A stretch of DNA of 64,000 bases from Geosiphon pyriformis uo1 (lineage: Eukaryota > Fungi > Glomeromycota). Positions 50,824 through 64,000 of this stretch are shown piece by piece. Made by a program: the position numbers and the translations under genes. The notes beneath the pieces are model-generated. The model searched no databases and was not told the DNA's origin. It was given only the letters and a program-made list of their open reading frames with translations. The stretch is from NCBI GenBank assembly GCA_016748015.1, contig JAAOMT010000697.1:442868-506867 (forward strand), read 5' to 3'. Position 1 is the stretch's first letter. Each line of letters begins with the position of its first letter.

Positions 50824-52660
50824 TGAAAAGGAAGTTGTGATACCAAATCTGCACTAAGACTATCTATTTTGGCTGAAAAGCTCAGAACTGTTTCCATCAG
50901 ACACTTTATGCTGTCTTCCAACTTTGACACCAAAGACATATCAAATAATACCACTTCCATAACAGTCTTGCCACCAGTAGATGCACCCGAACTCTTACTC
51001 ATCACTACATCTGCCCCTTGATCTTGTAATAAAGGAGTTATCAATGGCTGACATCTAAGACTAGGCTGGGAAACCATTGGCCCAAGTGTATCTAACCTCT
51101 TAGCCAGCTTACCAACCTGCTCTGCAAGATTGGCAAAACTGCACTCAAGAGTGACAAACCTATCATTTACATCCATTATAACCAGTAGGGATGGCTTCAT
51201 TTCTGAAGAGGAGCCAACTTTTGCTGAAATACCATGACCAAAGAAAAGAAAGAAAAAAGACTTACCAGCAACTTTTGCTTAAAAGAGACCACCAAAAAAA
51301 ACAGGATAAGCAACTGGAACCAAACATTTAGCATAGATTGCAGCCAGTCTGCTTTTATCTGCATCTAAAAGCACCTTACATAATAGTACTCCAAAGAAAA
51401 TTTTTCTACCAGTAGCACAGCCTAATAACATATGACCCAATTTTTCATACTTAGTGCACCCAGCAAGAACCAGACATAACCAGTGCAGATTGGTGCTCCT
51501 TAGTACTAGTGTGGTTCTCATGACAGCATTCAGTAACTCAGCAGAATCAAAGCAAATAACAGCACATCTAGTCTGAGCATATATAACTGGATAACAATCA
51601 ATGACACACGTTTTCCCACCCACGGCTCTAACAAAGTCTCAGATATTATGAACATTTGTTCTCATTGGTAGTGTATAGAACAGTGCCTTATGCTGATCTC
51701 TCACATCCCATGTTTTTTTATCCAAATCTACTATAGCAACACATATCGCATTTTTCCTAATTAAAATAGACCATTTTGCTGTGACCAAATTAGCATGATC
51801 TAATTGCTCAAACTTAATCACAGCCTTCTGCCATAGTCTAATTAGTTGCATCTTGATCATTTTAATATTCCCAAACTCAAACAGCACAGTGCGCACAGTC
51901 TCAGCCAATGTCCCAATTGGTATCTCTTTTATGACCACAGTTTGATCTGATCGCTCAGTAAATTTTTTAAGATTGGTGTTTACCATGATCTTTGCACTTG
52001 CAGTTTTATTGGTGGCTTTTATTAGACCCAATTCAGAAGTGAATGTCATCCTGATAATCTCAGCAAATTTTGAGAGGGTAGATGCCTTCCCAAAACCATT
52101 GATTCTTGAAAATAATTTTTTGATTACTGTGCATTTTTCTTAAGAAGATTTACTTACTACTTTGTCCAGCCCAATATCCAAAGCAAAAGACTTATGAACA
52201 GAAATATTAACCAAGTTCTTTAAAAGAGGAGGGAGGACTACAGGTTTGTCCAAAAAAATGTTATTATCATCATCATTCAAAAAGTTGATTTTCCTTAGTG
52301 GCTTATCCAGTGCTCTTTTGGTCTGAGTTTTTGAACTCTTAGGAGTATGGTCCGAGTCTCTACCAGTAAAAGTGCCACCCTTTCCATAATCAAAGCTGGT
52401 TTCTTTAACCAAACATTCCTTCTCCATATCCACACTATCAGACTTAGTAGTATTACCAGTCTTAAACTCTTAAGAATGACTACTTGATACCTTAGCAGCA
52501 GCAAATTTTCTATTACCAATATTATCCTCCAAAGCACTATTTTTTTTCTTCTTTCTAGACTCAGTAGACTTAATACAAATATTAAAACTAGGCTTTATAA
52601 TAGACTTATTCAGAACGGCAATACTAGAGCCAATGGTGGCCTCATAATTAAGTAGAAACA
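50820..52660 (-). pseudogene. LINE ORF1 (RRM-like modules, CCHC, coiled coil)
   Basis: VVIKEIPIGT..LFEFG..MQLIRLWQKAVIKF, GGKTCVID..RCAVICFDSA, knuckle remnant CTKYEKLGHMLLGC, VNDRFVTLECSFANLAEQVGKLAKRLD. Confidence 0.85.
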
Positions 52661-52784
52661 GTTTGGATTTATCATGCTGAATGTTGAAAAAACTTTTTTC
52701 AGAAAAATTTTTGGCTTTTTTTTGGGAATTTGGGATGAACGAAAGAAAGAAATTAATTTTATTAATATAATTATTATATATATA

Positions 52785-55008
52785 TTTTTTTATTTGCTTA
52801 ACGAGTGCAGCCCAAAAACAATTTAGTACTATACACCAAAAAAATGATCTAAACTAAATGTTAATCATGCATTTTTTACACATGACTAGTTACTTGGACT
52901 AATCAAAGATACACTACACTGAAACAATAAAAGGTGAGAATAATCCCAACTCACAAATTTTTTCAATAACACTATTTAGATTCCTAAAATCAAAAATAAA
53001 CTCACTAAAAAATAATCTAGTAGATTTAACACTACTCCTAACCTTAGCACCTGACATCTACCACAAAGCTATGACATGTTTAAAAGTGTCTTCACTTAAG
53101 AGAAAAAGTTTAGCAGCCTGTATATCATCATAATCCATGTCACCAAAGTCAACTTCAGATCTAAGACAAGCAATATTCTTAGACACACCAACCAAAAGAT
53201 TGGCAAAATTGTTAGAAGCATATTTCATAGAAAGAAGATCTTTCTCTGACTAAATAGTCTTAACAGCATTATTATCAAGGAGACAAGATACCAAGACAAC
53301 CAAAGAACCAACAGGCTCAACAATAGACTTTACCAAAGCAGCCAAATCTGAAATTTGCTTTTTCAAAGAGTTCAATCTAGACCCAATAGCAGAATCAATA
53401 ACAGCCACAGGAGGGGTGAAAGCCACCAAAAAAGGAAATTCAGACATAACAGAAGAAGCAAATGCCTTAGCATAAGACAAAGAACCAACAAAATGTGGTT
53501 TGAATATCTTGGGAGCCTTAGAAAAGAGAGATGAAGCAACTTTACAGTCTACAGCCAAGTGATCTGTTTCTTGACACCAAAAACAATGCCAATAATTAGA
53601 AGTCTTTTATCAGATATGGCACTTTCTAAGCATATCAGTATTGGTCCAAATCAGCTTGAGAGCCAAACATAACTAGAACAAAGTGGAGATGATGACCAGA
53701 ATTAGAAGACCAAGAAATAAAACAAGACCGGCCACCAACCTGAAAAATCATATTACTGATTTCAAAGGCAGTACAGCCAGGAGGAAGGTTGATTAACTTG
53801 TTCTTAAACTTATCACGAGACAAAATAGTCTTATTTTAATTCACCAAGAGAAGGATTCTAACACAATTCTTGTCCACCAATACTGACCAATGATTCAAAG
53901 CAGACATAGCAGAATCTAACTTCTTAAAATGAACCACCACATATTGCCAAATGCCAATAGGCTTTAGCACAACATGAGTAACCATACCAAAAACACTAAG
54001 AGCTGTCTTAATGTCAGCAGCAGACACACCCAAAGGCACATTACACAGTACAACAGCAGCAGAAAGGGATCCAGACTCAGAAACCACCAAAGACTTAGCA
54101 ATTTTAAGAATGACAAGACAAACAGAACTTGTAAGCTTAACTAAAAATACAGCATCTAAAGAGATTTGAGAAGCAAATTCCACACAAAAAAGCTTTATAT
54201 TGTCTTTTAAAACAGACTTAGCACCCAAAAAACCATATACAGACTGAAAAACAGCCTTAACATAAGCCAATTTGATTTTAAAAATAGCACCAGGCACCAG
54301 AGTGGAAGCCACTCATCCAGCAAATCTTTGATAACTAGCAATAGTTTCCCAAGCACCACTAAAAGTAGCACCAGAAACTAGAAAAGGAGATAATTCAGTT
54401 TCCATCTGATCAGTCCAGTTCACAAGAACAGGTGACCCAACAGGAAGAGATTGTTTTGCTTCTAAAATCAGCAATGATTTGCTGGAAGACACCATATTTG
54501 GCAACACAGCCAGTGGTTGATCTTGGCCCATTTTGGATGACATACCAGATGATGCTATGGAGATCTCATCTAAGATCTCATTTGGAACCACAAAGGGATT
54601 TAGTGTAATAATGGCAGAGGCAGGCAACTGCTCCTACTTTTCTAAACTTTTGGTCTTTTTGACCATTTTCTTTGAAGAGGAGGTACAAGAAGCACCAGAT
54701 GTTGAATACTTTTGGGCTCTTAGTAGGGGTGGAGGTAACACTGAGACTAACCCAAGTGTGTCTCTTTGAGAAAACTTTGACTAGTGAAAAATCAGTCAAA
54801 GATAAGGAAGTTGCTTCAGTGGTTATTAAAAACAACTTTTCATGATTACTGGGTAAAGGAAAGGCTTTTAAAACGTTTTGTCTAGTTGCTTTTACAACAG
54901 AGAGAGCTTTTTTGGTTGAAATTTTATTAGATATTTTAGGACAAATATCAGGTGCAGCTTTTTTACTCTTTGCTCTGGTCATGGTCATAAAATTAAGGAG
55001 ACAAAGAG
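52785..55008 (-). mobile_element. Non-autonomous ORF1-only non-LTR retroelement (HAL1-like), ~2.2 kb
   Basis: One decayed ORF1-like frame followed directly by the LINE-type 3' UTR hairpin and A-tail, with no ORF2. LINE-like 5' end CTCTTTGTCTCCTT and a candidate 14-bp TSD. Confidence 0.75.
52914..54988 (-). pseudogene. ORF1-like nucleic-acid-binding protein (~690 codons; about 3 RRM-like modules, CCHC knuckle, coiled coil) with frameshifts and stops
   Basis: LFCVEFASQ; VVLCNVPLGVSAADIKTALSVFG..IGIWQYVVVHF; LINLPPGCTAFEI..VGGRSCFI; CFWCQETDHLAVDC; RLNSLKKQISDLAALVKSIV; ends ..GLFSPFIVSV*. Confidence 0.8.
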
Positions 55009-55158
55009 TTTTTTTTTTATTATATATATAATCAAAAAATTTATTAAATTTTTGTATATTTAATCTGTTTTTTAAGTGTATTTATTTAACAAAATTATAT
55101 ATTTAATTTAAGTTATTTATTTAAAAAAAATATAAAATTTACTAATTTTTAATTTTTA

Positions 55159-55197
<39 letters not shown>

Positions 55198-57589
55198 ATT
55201 TTTAATAATTTTTTTTAACTTTTTTCAAATATTTTGGCTTTAAAAATTCTGAATTAACAGTTTTATTATTAATAAATATATTTAATTTTTTTTTATTGCT
55301 ATATATTTTTTTTATAATTTTATTTATAAAAAGTTATTAATAATTTATATTTAAAACAAAATTAATAAAATTATTAATATAAATATATTTAAATTTTTTA
55401 CTAATTAATTTATTTATTTTTTTAAATTAATAAGATTGTATTTTAAATTAATAAAATAAATTTCAAGTTTTTTAAAACAGATAAAAAACATTTAATATTT
55501 ATAAATAAATTAATATTAAAAAAAAAAATTTAAAAAAAAAAAATATATTTTTAGCAATTTTTTACACAAAAAAAACAAACAAATTAACTTGTTTTTTAAA
55601 AACATTTATTGTTTAATAAACTTGTTTACTTTTTTTTAATTTAACTTAAATTCATATTTTTTAAAAACAAAAATTGTGTTAAAAGCATTTTTTAAAATTT
55701 TATTAAAATTAAAACAAATTGTTATAAATTTAATTTAATTAATTATATAAATTTTTTTATAATATAATATTAAAAGAAAAAATTATATATAGTAATAGTT
55801 ATTAATAAAAAAATATAAAAAAAACACAATATTTATTAATATTAGTTTTTTATTATATATACTAATTTTTTTTTAATAAGAACAAATTATTTAAAAGCTA
55901 TTAATTTAATAATTTTAAAATTAACAAATTTTATTATTAATACTATTTTATTAAATTTAAAAAAAAATTAATTTTACAATTTTTTGAAAAATTTTTTTTA
56001 ATAATAATTTTCTTATTTATATGTATATTTATATGTTTTAAAAATAATATCATACTTTACAACCAATTTATATGTAAACATAAATTAGATAATTTTTTAA
56101 AAATAATTTTTTTTTAAAATTATCAATATAATAAAAATTATTTTTTACAAAAAGCAATTTTTCTTGAGAGTTTTATTATTATTAAATTAATGTTTAAAAT
56201 AAAAATTTTTACAAGTTTTTTTAATATAATACTTTTTTATGTTTTTAATATTTGATTTTCTATTAATATTGTAATAAAAACTGTTTATTTTACAAACTTT
56301 TTAAAAAACATATTATATTTATTTATTTTTACATTTAAATTATTAACAGATGTTTTTAACACAAATATATTAAAACTAAATTTTCTATTTTTTTAATTTG
56401 TTAAAATTATAATAGTTATATATATTTTTATATTAAGCAATTTTTCTTTTATCTTTTTGGTTATACTTATAAAAACAAATGTGTTTTATTATGTTTAGTT
56501 TTACAAATAAGAAAAAATAGCTTAAGAAAAAAACTGAATAAGAAAGAAATTAATAAGATATTTTTTTGGCTCTGTTTTGTCCTTTTCATGGTTTGGAAAA
56601 TAACAAAAGAAATTTATTTTTCTTAATATTTACAATCTAAATTAAAATTAATTAAATTTTTTTTGTTAGTAAAAGACTTAAAAATCACTGGTTTTTTTTT
56701 TGCAAGTTGAAAATTTTTATGAATTCGTAAAATTTCTTTAAGCATTTTTGCACTTAAAAAATAAAAATAATAAAAGGCACAAAAAGCAAGTAAAAATTTT
56801 TTGTTAAAAATAAAAATAAGAAATAAGTAATATGATAAGAATTTTTTTTTGTTTTTTATTATTCAAAACTTTTTATTAAGCCATAAAACTAGTGTTAAAA
56901 CACAAGAAATTCTTTTTATTTATTTGTATTCATCAGCTTCGCATTTAATTTCATTGGAATACAAAGAATATTTCTTATTAACTTGTGTTCGAGTCTTTTT
57001 GCTGACCTGATAAAAATCAAATGTAAATTTTTGAACATATACTATTTGTACTATTTGAAAATATAACTAATTCCTTAAATCTTTCCATATCCTAATTATC
57101 ACGTAGCATAAAAACGATGAAAGAAACATGAATCTTTAATGCTTTTAAAAGATCAAATGCCTTTATAAGATATTCAAAAATACTCTTTAAAAGGAATAGA
57201 AACTACCAGCGATTCATCTATCTTGAAAAGTTTAGAGTTCATTTTGAATAAATTCAATGTACATGGGCTGTATTGTTGACATCTGTTCAAAGATTTTATC
57301 CTACTAACTTGGAAAACCTGGAAGAAGCAAAAAACAAAAGTTTGCATATTGTCATTGTGAATGCAGATAAGCACAAGATTAAAATTATAAGCATATGATG
57401 AAAAATTATTTTAATGTTGATTACTTTACCCAATTTTTAGTTTTTTAGTTTTTTTTTAGAACGATGAAGAAAGTGCGGATGAGTACGAAGAAGAGTCGGG
57501 ACATGTATGTAACACCGACAATGACAATATCGGTAAAGATAACAGCAAGATCAATGGAGTGTATTGATCTTTACCAATCAGTCAATCAA

Positions 57590-57625
57590 CTCAAATCAAA
57601 TCAAATCAAATCAAATCAAATCAAA
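57590..57625. repeat. (TCAAA)n microsatellite
   Basis: About 7 tandem pentamers. Confidence 0.9.
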
Positions 57626-58600
57626 CTAACTGATCCTGGAAATAGCCTAGTAGGAATTAGCGAAAGAAAAGGCTTCAAATAAAATATCGCCTATATGACT
57701 TATATCTATTATACATTTTTTAGTGCTGAGAAAAATAATATTGTTCAATCAATAAGAAATTTCATAAGCGTGACGTTACCCGCTACCATCTGTTCACTTT
57801 ATCTAGTTTTTTGTCCTAACAGGATAATAAAATTCAACCATTTTCTTCCAAACTTCAATTAGTTCAGGATTGCGAGATGAAATTCAAGTATTTAAAATTA
57901 TTCATTATAAGGATAGGGTCATGAGAAAGATTATGAAAAAAGGAGTCTATACTATTCTTTGGGTCCCAAAAATAAAATCCATAAATTTACTCTTAAACTT
58001 CCCAGTGGGAAATACTTCAAAATAATCTTTTTCCCTAGTGAATAGGATAATTTTTTATTATTTATAGTTCGTTTTATCAAATTTTTAACAAGTAAAAAAG
58101 AGAGAATAATTAAAATAATTTGAATCCATATGAATATGAACAATATTTTAATCATCTCTTGAAAAAAAAAAAATGTCATAATAAATTTTATTACTACATG
58201 TATTTCTTTTATATTCCATTTTTTACCATTACGTTTTATTTTTATTTTACATGAGCTTTTTGAAAGGTGAATTTCTTTTTTTATTAAAAACATTTTTATT
58301 TTTATAATATTTATTATTATTATTATTATTATTATTTTAATGCCAAACTCCTTATATTCCCCTAAATTAACCATTTACTTATTTAATTATTTTAATCGTT
58401 TAAAAGATTTAATTATACTCATAAGTTTTCTTATAGAAATTGAGAAATTCTAGAATCAAAAAAAAAAACAAAAAACAAAAAATGAATTCATTTCTCAATA
58501 TAAACCTTTTATCTTGTAGCGTTTTTTAAAATGAGATGATAAAGCCCATCAACAATTATTCGAATATTGAAAAATCTAAAAAAGCTGTTTATTACTATTT

Positions 58601-58727
58601 TACTCTACTCTACTCTTCTCTACTCTTCTCTTCTCTACTCTTCTCTTCTCTACTCTTCTCTTCTCTACTCTTCTCTTCTCTTCTCTTCTCTTCTCTTCTC
58701 TTCTCTTCTCTTCTCTTCTCTTCTCTT
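58601..58727. repeat. Compound (TACTC/TTCTC)n pentanucleotide microsatellite
   Basis: About 25 pentamers. It explains the spurious LLFSS and EEKRR ORFs. Confidence 0.95.
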
Positions 58728-59715
58728 ATCATCAGAAATGAAACCTTAAAAGAATTAAAGCCTTGATTAAAAGATACATGAAGAGTGTGGCAACTAATTT
58801 CCAAAAATAGTTTCCATCAAGAACAGTGGTGAGCCTTCTGATATAAATGGTATTATCTAACAGCTGATCGGGGGTTAAAGCCCCATTTTTTGTCTCATGA
58901 TATCACAATGTTTTACATAAAGAATTTTTTTTTGCATAATCTGATGAGCAAAAACCAAGTAAATTCATATTCTTCGTAGGCTCTCCCTGCAAATACAAGA
59001 ACGTTTTAATCCCCTTTCACTCCTTGGATTAGAAAAAAAGGGGCTGAAAATTGTAGTTGTTTACCGAGGCTATTCTAAAATTTGTAGAAATTATTATCCG
59101 GCTAGCTCAAATTCGTTATATATTTGAAACAATTAAACTTAAAATTATTTTGAAAAATCTCTCCCTATACCAAAATTATTGTAGACTCCAATTTGTGATA
59201 CTGATCATCAGAAAAGATATTCAAAAAAAGTTTTTTGAAAAAAAAAAAAAAAAAAACTTAATTCATGGCACGACGAACATTCGGTGAAATGTTAAACCGT
59301 ACCTCTAGCCTTATCTTTTGCAACCATTCTTTTATCATCTGTTATTGGGGGATTTTTAATTAAACCGACCTCGGGATTTCCAAATTTATCATTTGGTACC
59401 TTCCTATCTATTATCCGAAAACACAAGAGTGCTATAATTGTTCCTTTTTTTGATTTTAAAAAAAATTTAAAAAATATTTGGACTTCGTGAATTTGTACAA
59501 CTGCACAAAACATATTCCAGCTCACCAGCAAAATTGTATTTATCAATTATATAATTTATTGTTTAATAAATGACTTCAAAAATTTGATGTATCCATTAAA
59601 AGATCGACGATCTTTATATATTAATATTGCTAATTATAGTAGCATTAATGTTGTTTAGGACTAATAAAAGAAAGTAAAAGAGGAAAAGCTAAAAGGAATA
59701 ATGGTTAATTTGCTT

Positions 59716-61313
<1,598 letters not shown>

Positions 61314-61819
61314 GACTGAATCGTAAAAAGTTTCAGAAAGTAAAAGAGTAAAGTATAAAGAAAGTGTAAATCACTCTAAAAACTGAAATTTCGTTAAATT
61401 TATAAATTTCAAAAAGTGAACGTAAAATGAGAGTTGGAAGGGTTCAGAAAATAGAGCAACTATAAATCACTCTAAAAATTCTGAGGTTCGTCAAAGTTTC
61501 TAGGTTTCGAAGGGATGAAGTGTTTAAGTTCAAGTAAAAAGTTATAGCTTGGTTTTTGAGACACGGTATTTCTCTTACTTTATATAACCCTGAAAAGTTA
61601 AAAATATCAATACCACAAATGGCCATATCTCCTGATCATTACATAGTTTTCCGAAATCCAAACATTTCAAAATCGATACTAGAATGCCAATGGAACAAGC
61701 CACATTCAATGTAGTACAACATTGTCAATTTGCCACAATACCAAATCTTTTAAAGGCTAGAACGGAAAGGACTTACAAGGGTCATAATTTTTCTCGCCAA
61801 ATTTAAAATAATACTCAAA

Positions 61820-64000
61820 ATGTCGCAATGGATTCCACCAGGTGAGTCTTTAACATTCAATTTTTAACTTTCAAGAGGCTTTTCACTTTTATTACTCTGG
61901 CCTCTCTTCTGAGATTCAATAGGCAAACTATTGTGAATCATGTTTCAACATAAATTCTTTCTTGTAATGAGGGAATTGGCTCACAAACCTTTATAATGTT
62001 TCAAAAAGTCTTTTCTTTCAGTGTTTCTAATGAATCAAGGTTCCCTTCTCATAAACAGGCCAATACCCACCACCACCTCAACAGCCTTCTTATTCGAGTT
62101 ATCAAGGTCCTCCTCCAGGGGCAATAAATCAATACATTCAACCTATGAGGCCCCCTTATCAACGGCCACTTTTGTCTTCTTCTACTTCCCCTCCTCTTGA
62201 TGACCTCGCTATTTCATTTGATAGTCTAGCAATGTCTTTAAGAGCGACTGCTGGCCCTACGGAATTGGAGAATTTTCAAGTGTCGCTTTCCTTGTTGATG
62301 CACGATTGTTCTCAATCTAATATTCAGGTATAAATCTCTCTTGCCTTCTTTTCATTGTAGAAATTATTTTTAATCACCAAGATTGGTTCGAATATTGGTT
62401 TGTCTGTTAACAGCGCGGCAAAACATGGATATTTGATCATTGCACAACCTCGGCACAATTTGAAGTTCTTGCACGTTTCATAATATCGTTATCGAAATCT
62501 CGACCAATTTTTGAGGACAAGTTACATCTAATATACCTTATCAATGACGTTCTGTTCCATAGGTTAATTTGATCAAGTTAGGGCATGATTTTTTTCCAAT
62601 TAAAGAGACTTTTACCAAATGTATATATTTTTCTTTTTTAACAGTGAACGTCGACAAGAGCCCTGGATCAAAGAGGCATTACATCCACATTTGTTATCTT
62701 TACTTCGTGCTGCTTATCATTTCATGGATGCATCGGAATCTCAACAAGATAAAGTTCTTAAGGTGATCTTCAAAATCTTTACATTGATCGATAACGAACT
62801 TCAGATTTTTTAAGGAGAAATCCAACAATAATCTTTATATTTTATACGAAAATAGGTTATTTCCATATGGGGAGATAAACATTACTTTGACGAAATAAAG
62901 ATAAATGCGCTAAAAGCTGGAGTTCTAATACCACCACCACCTCCTGGTCAGCCTCCTATATCAAACTTTGCTGGACTTTCACTAGGACAACATCCGTTCG
63001 GGAATCCACATTTTGCTCTGCAACATTCTGTTTCGCCTTTTTATAATACAGGACCACCACCACCACCACCACCACCACCGCCACCACCAGCTCCTCTATT
63101 TCCTAATCTCCCACAAAATTTACCCCCCACAAATCCTCTCATCTCACCTACCCTATCACCTAATCATATGAGACCTATATCTGAACCTGGACCTCCTGGA
63201 ATTCCATCTCAATTCCTACCCGGACCTTCTCCGCCAGCTATTCCAATGCAGGGAGTAATTGCTTGCCCTAATATTCCACCTCCAATTCCCCCGGTCCCTG
63301 AAAAGAAATATCATGAATTGCCAGCTGGGTTGATGGTTCCTTTGGTCTCGGTACGAAAATTATTATACCTTGAATTTTTTTGTTTTCTATGTTTTATTCT
63401 TTTAATCTTCTACTTATTTCTTCAGCACTCTTAGAGTGAGAATCCGCCATACTCTCCTATCCCCGTAGCCTCTATTAGAATTCCTCCTCATCGTCTACCA
63501 CCCACGCCAGAATTGTTGGGCGCTTTAGATAAATTTTATGAAGGGCTTAAGTTAATCCTTGCGCCAGAAGAAGAGCAAGAAAGCCTGAAACAAAATATCA
63601 AGATTGAATTGGACAAGGAGGGATGGGAAAACGGATTTCTGGACGATTTCTATAAAAATTTGCAGGTGCGTCGAGCAGCTGCAGCTGCCAAAGCGATTTC
63701 CGAAAGACATCGGCGTCATCTTCCCTATCAAACGCGTGAAAGGGATGATAGAGGAAGAAGATGGTCAAGGGATCGAAGTTATTCCAGATCGAGGTCTTCT
63801 TCACGACACCGATCGAGAAGAACAAGGCGTCGTAGCTATTCTGATTCATCGAGTCGGAGTCGAAGTCGAAGCAGAGGTAGAAGTCGAAGTAGGACGAGAC
63901 CACCTGGACGCAATAAAATTAGGGGAGATAAAAGTCGTAGTAGAAATCGTTCAAGATCAGGTTCAAGAATCCGTTACAGAAGTCATAGTCGGTCCAGGCA
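61820..64000 (+). CDS. CHERP: CHERP/SCAF6-like splicing factor (CTD-interacting domain, Pro-rich region, RS domain), 3'-incomplete; exons 61820-61841, 62059-62327, 62414-62562, 62645-62762, 62856-63350, 63435->64000
   Basis: CSQSNIQRGKTWIF..KLHLIYLINDVLFH (CID). YHELPAGLMVPLV..IRIPP..ELLGALDKFY and EGWENGFLDDFY resemble conserved CHERP blocks. An RS-rich tail follows. Confidence 0.82.

Larger units (their letters stand above)
46022..52752 (-). mobile_element. Full-length (~6.7 kb) decayed LINE, copy 2 (diverged subfamily of copy 1)
   Basis: 5' end homologous to 8042-8170, ORF1 and ORF2 remnants collinear with copy 1, poly(T) on the plus strand at 46022-46035. Confidence 0.93.

Noticed and set aside
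58536-58804. ORFs with LLFSS / EEKRR repeats
   Set aside because: These are translations of the pentanucleotide microsatellite.

Overview
AT-rich, intron-containing fungal genomic DNA. The gene set and TE families suggest an early-diverging lineage, probably Glomeromycotina (inference). Host genes sit at both ends. On the left are a cytosolic tyrosyl-tRNA synthetase with a C-terminal EMAP-II-like OB domain, an orphan multi-TM protein and an alpha/beta hydrolase. On the right are a 10-exon Rab2 and a divergently transcribed CHERP-like CID/RS protein that runs off the window. The ~50 kb between them (about 6.7-56.9 kb) is a nested transposon graveyard. It holds two full-length ~6.7 kb LINEs (ORF1 RRM/CCHC; ORF2 APE-RT-RNase H-Zn knuckle), one split by a Ty3/Gypsy element (4-bp TSD) that carries a dUTPase, an unrecognised Cys-rich domain and a coding extension after the integrase. 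It also holds a Tc1/mariner element with perfect 29-bp TIRs, a second heavily eroded Gypsy, solo LTRs and LINE fragments. The most unusual item is a ~2.2 kb ORF1-only retroelement (HAL1-like) that shares its 5' end and a 3' stem-loop with the autonomous LINEs. The retroelements show strong C:G->T:A erosion, not only at CpG. Several duplications beside N-gaps are assembly artefacts. All alignments and counts were made by eye.
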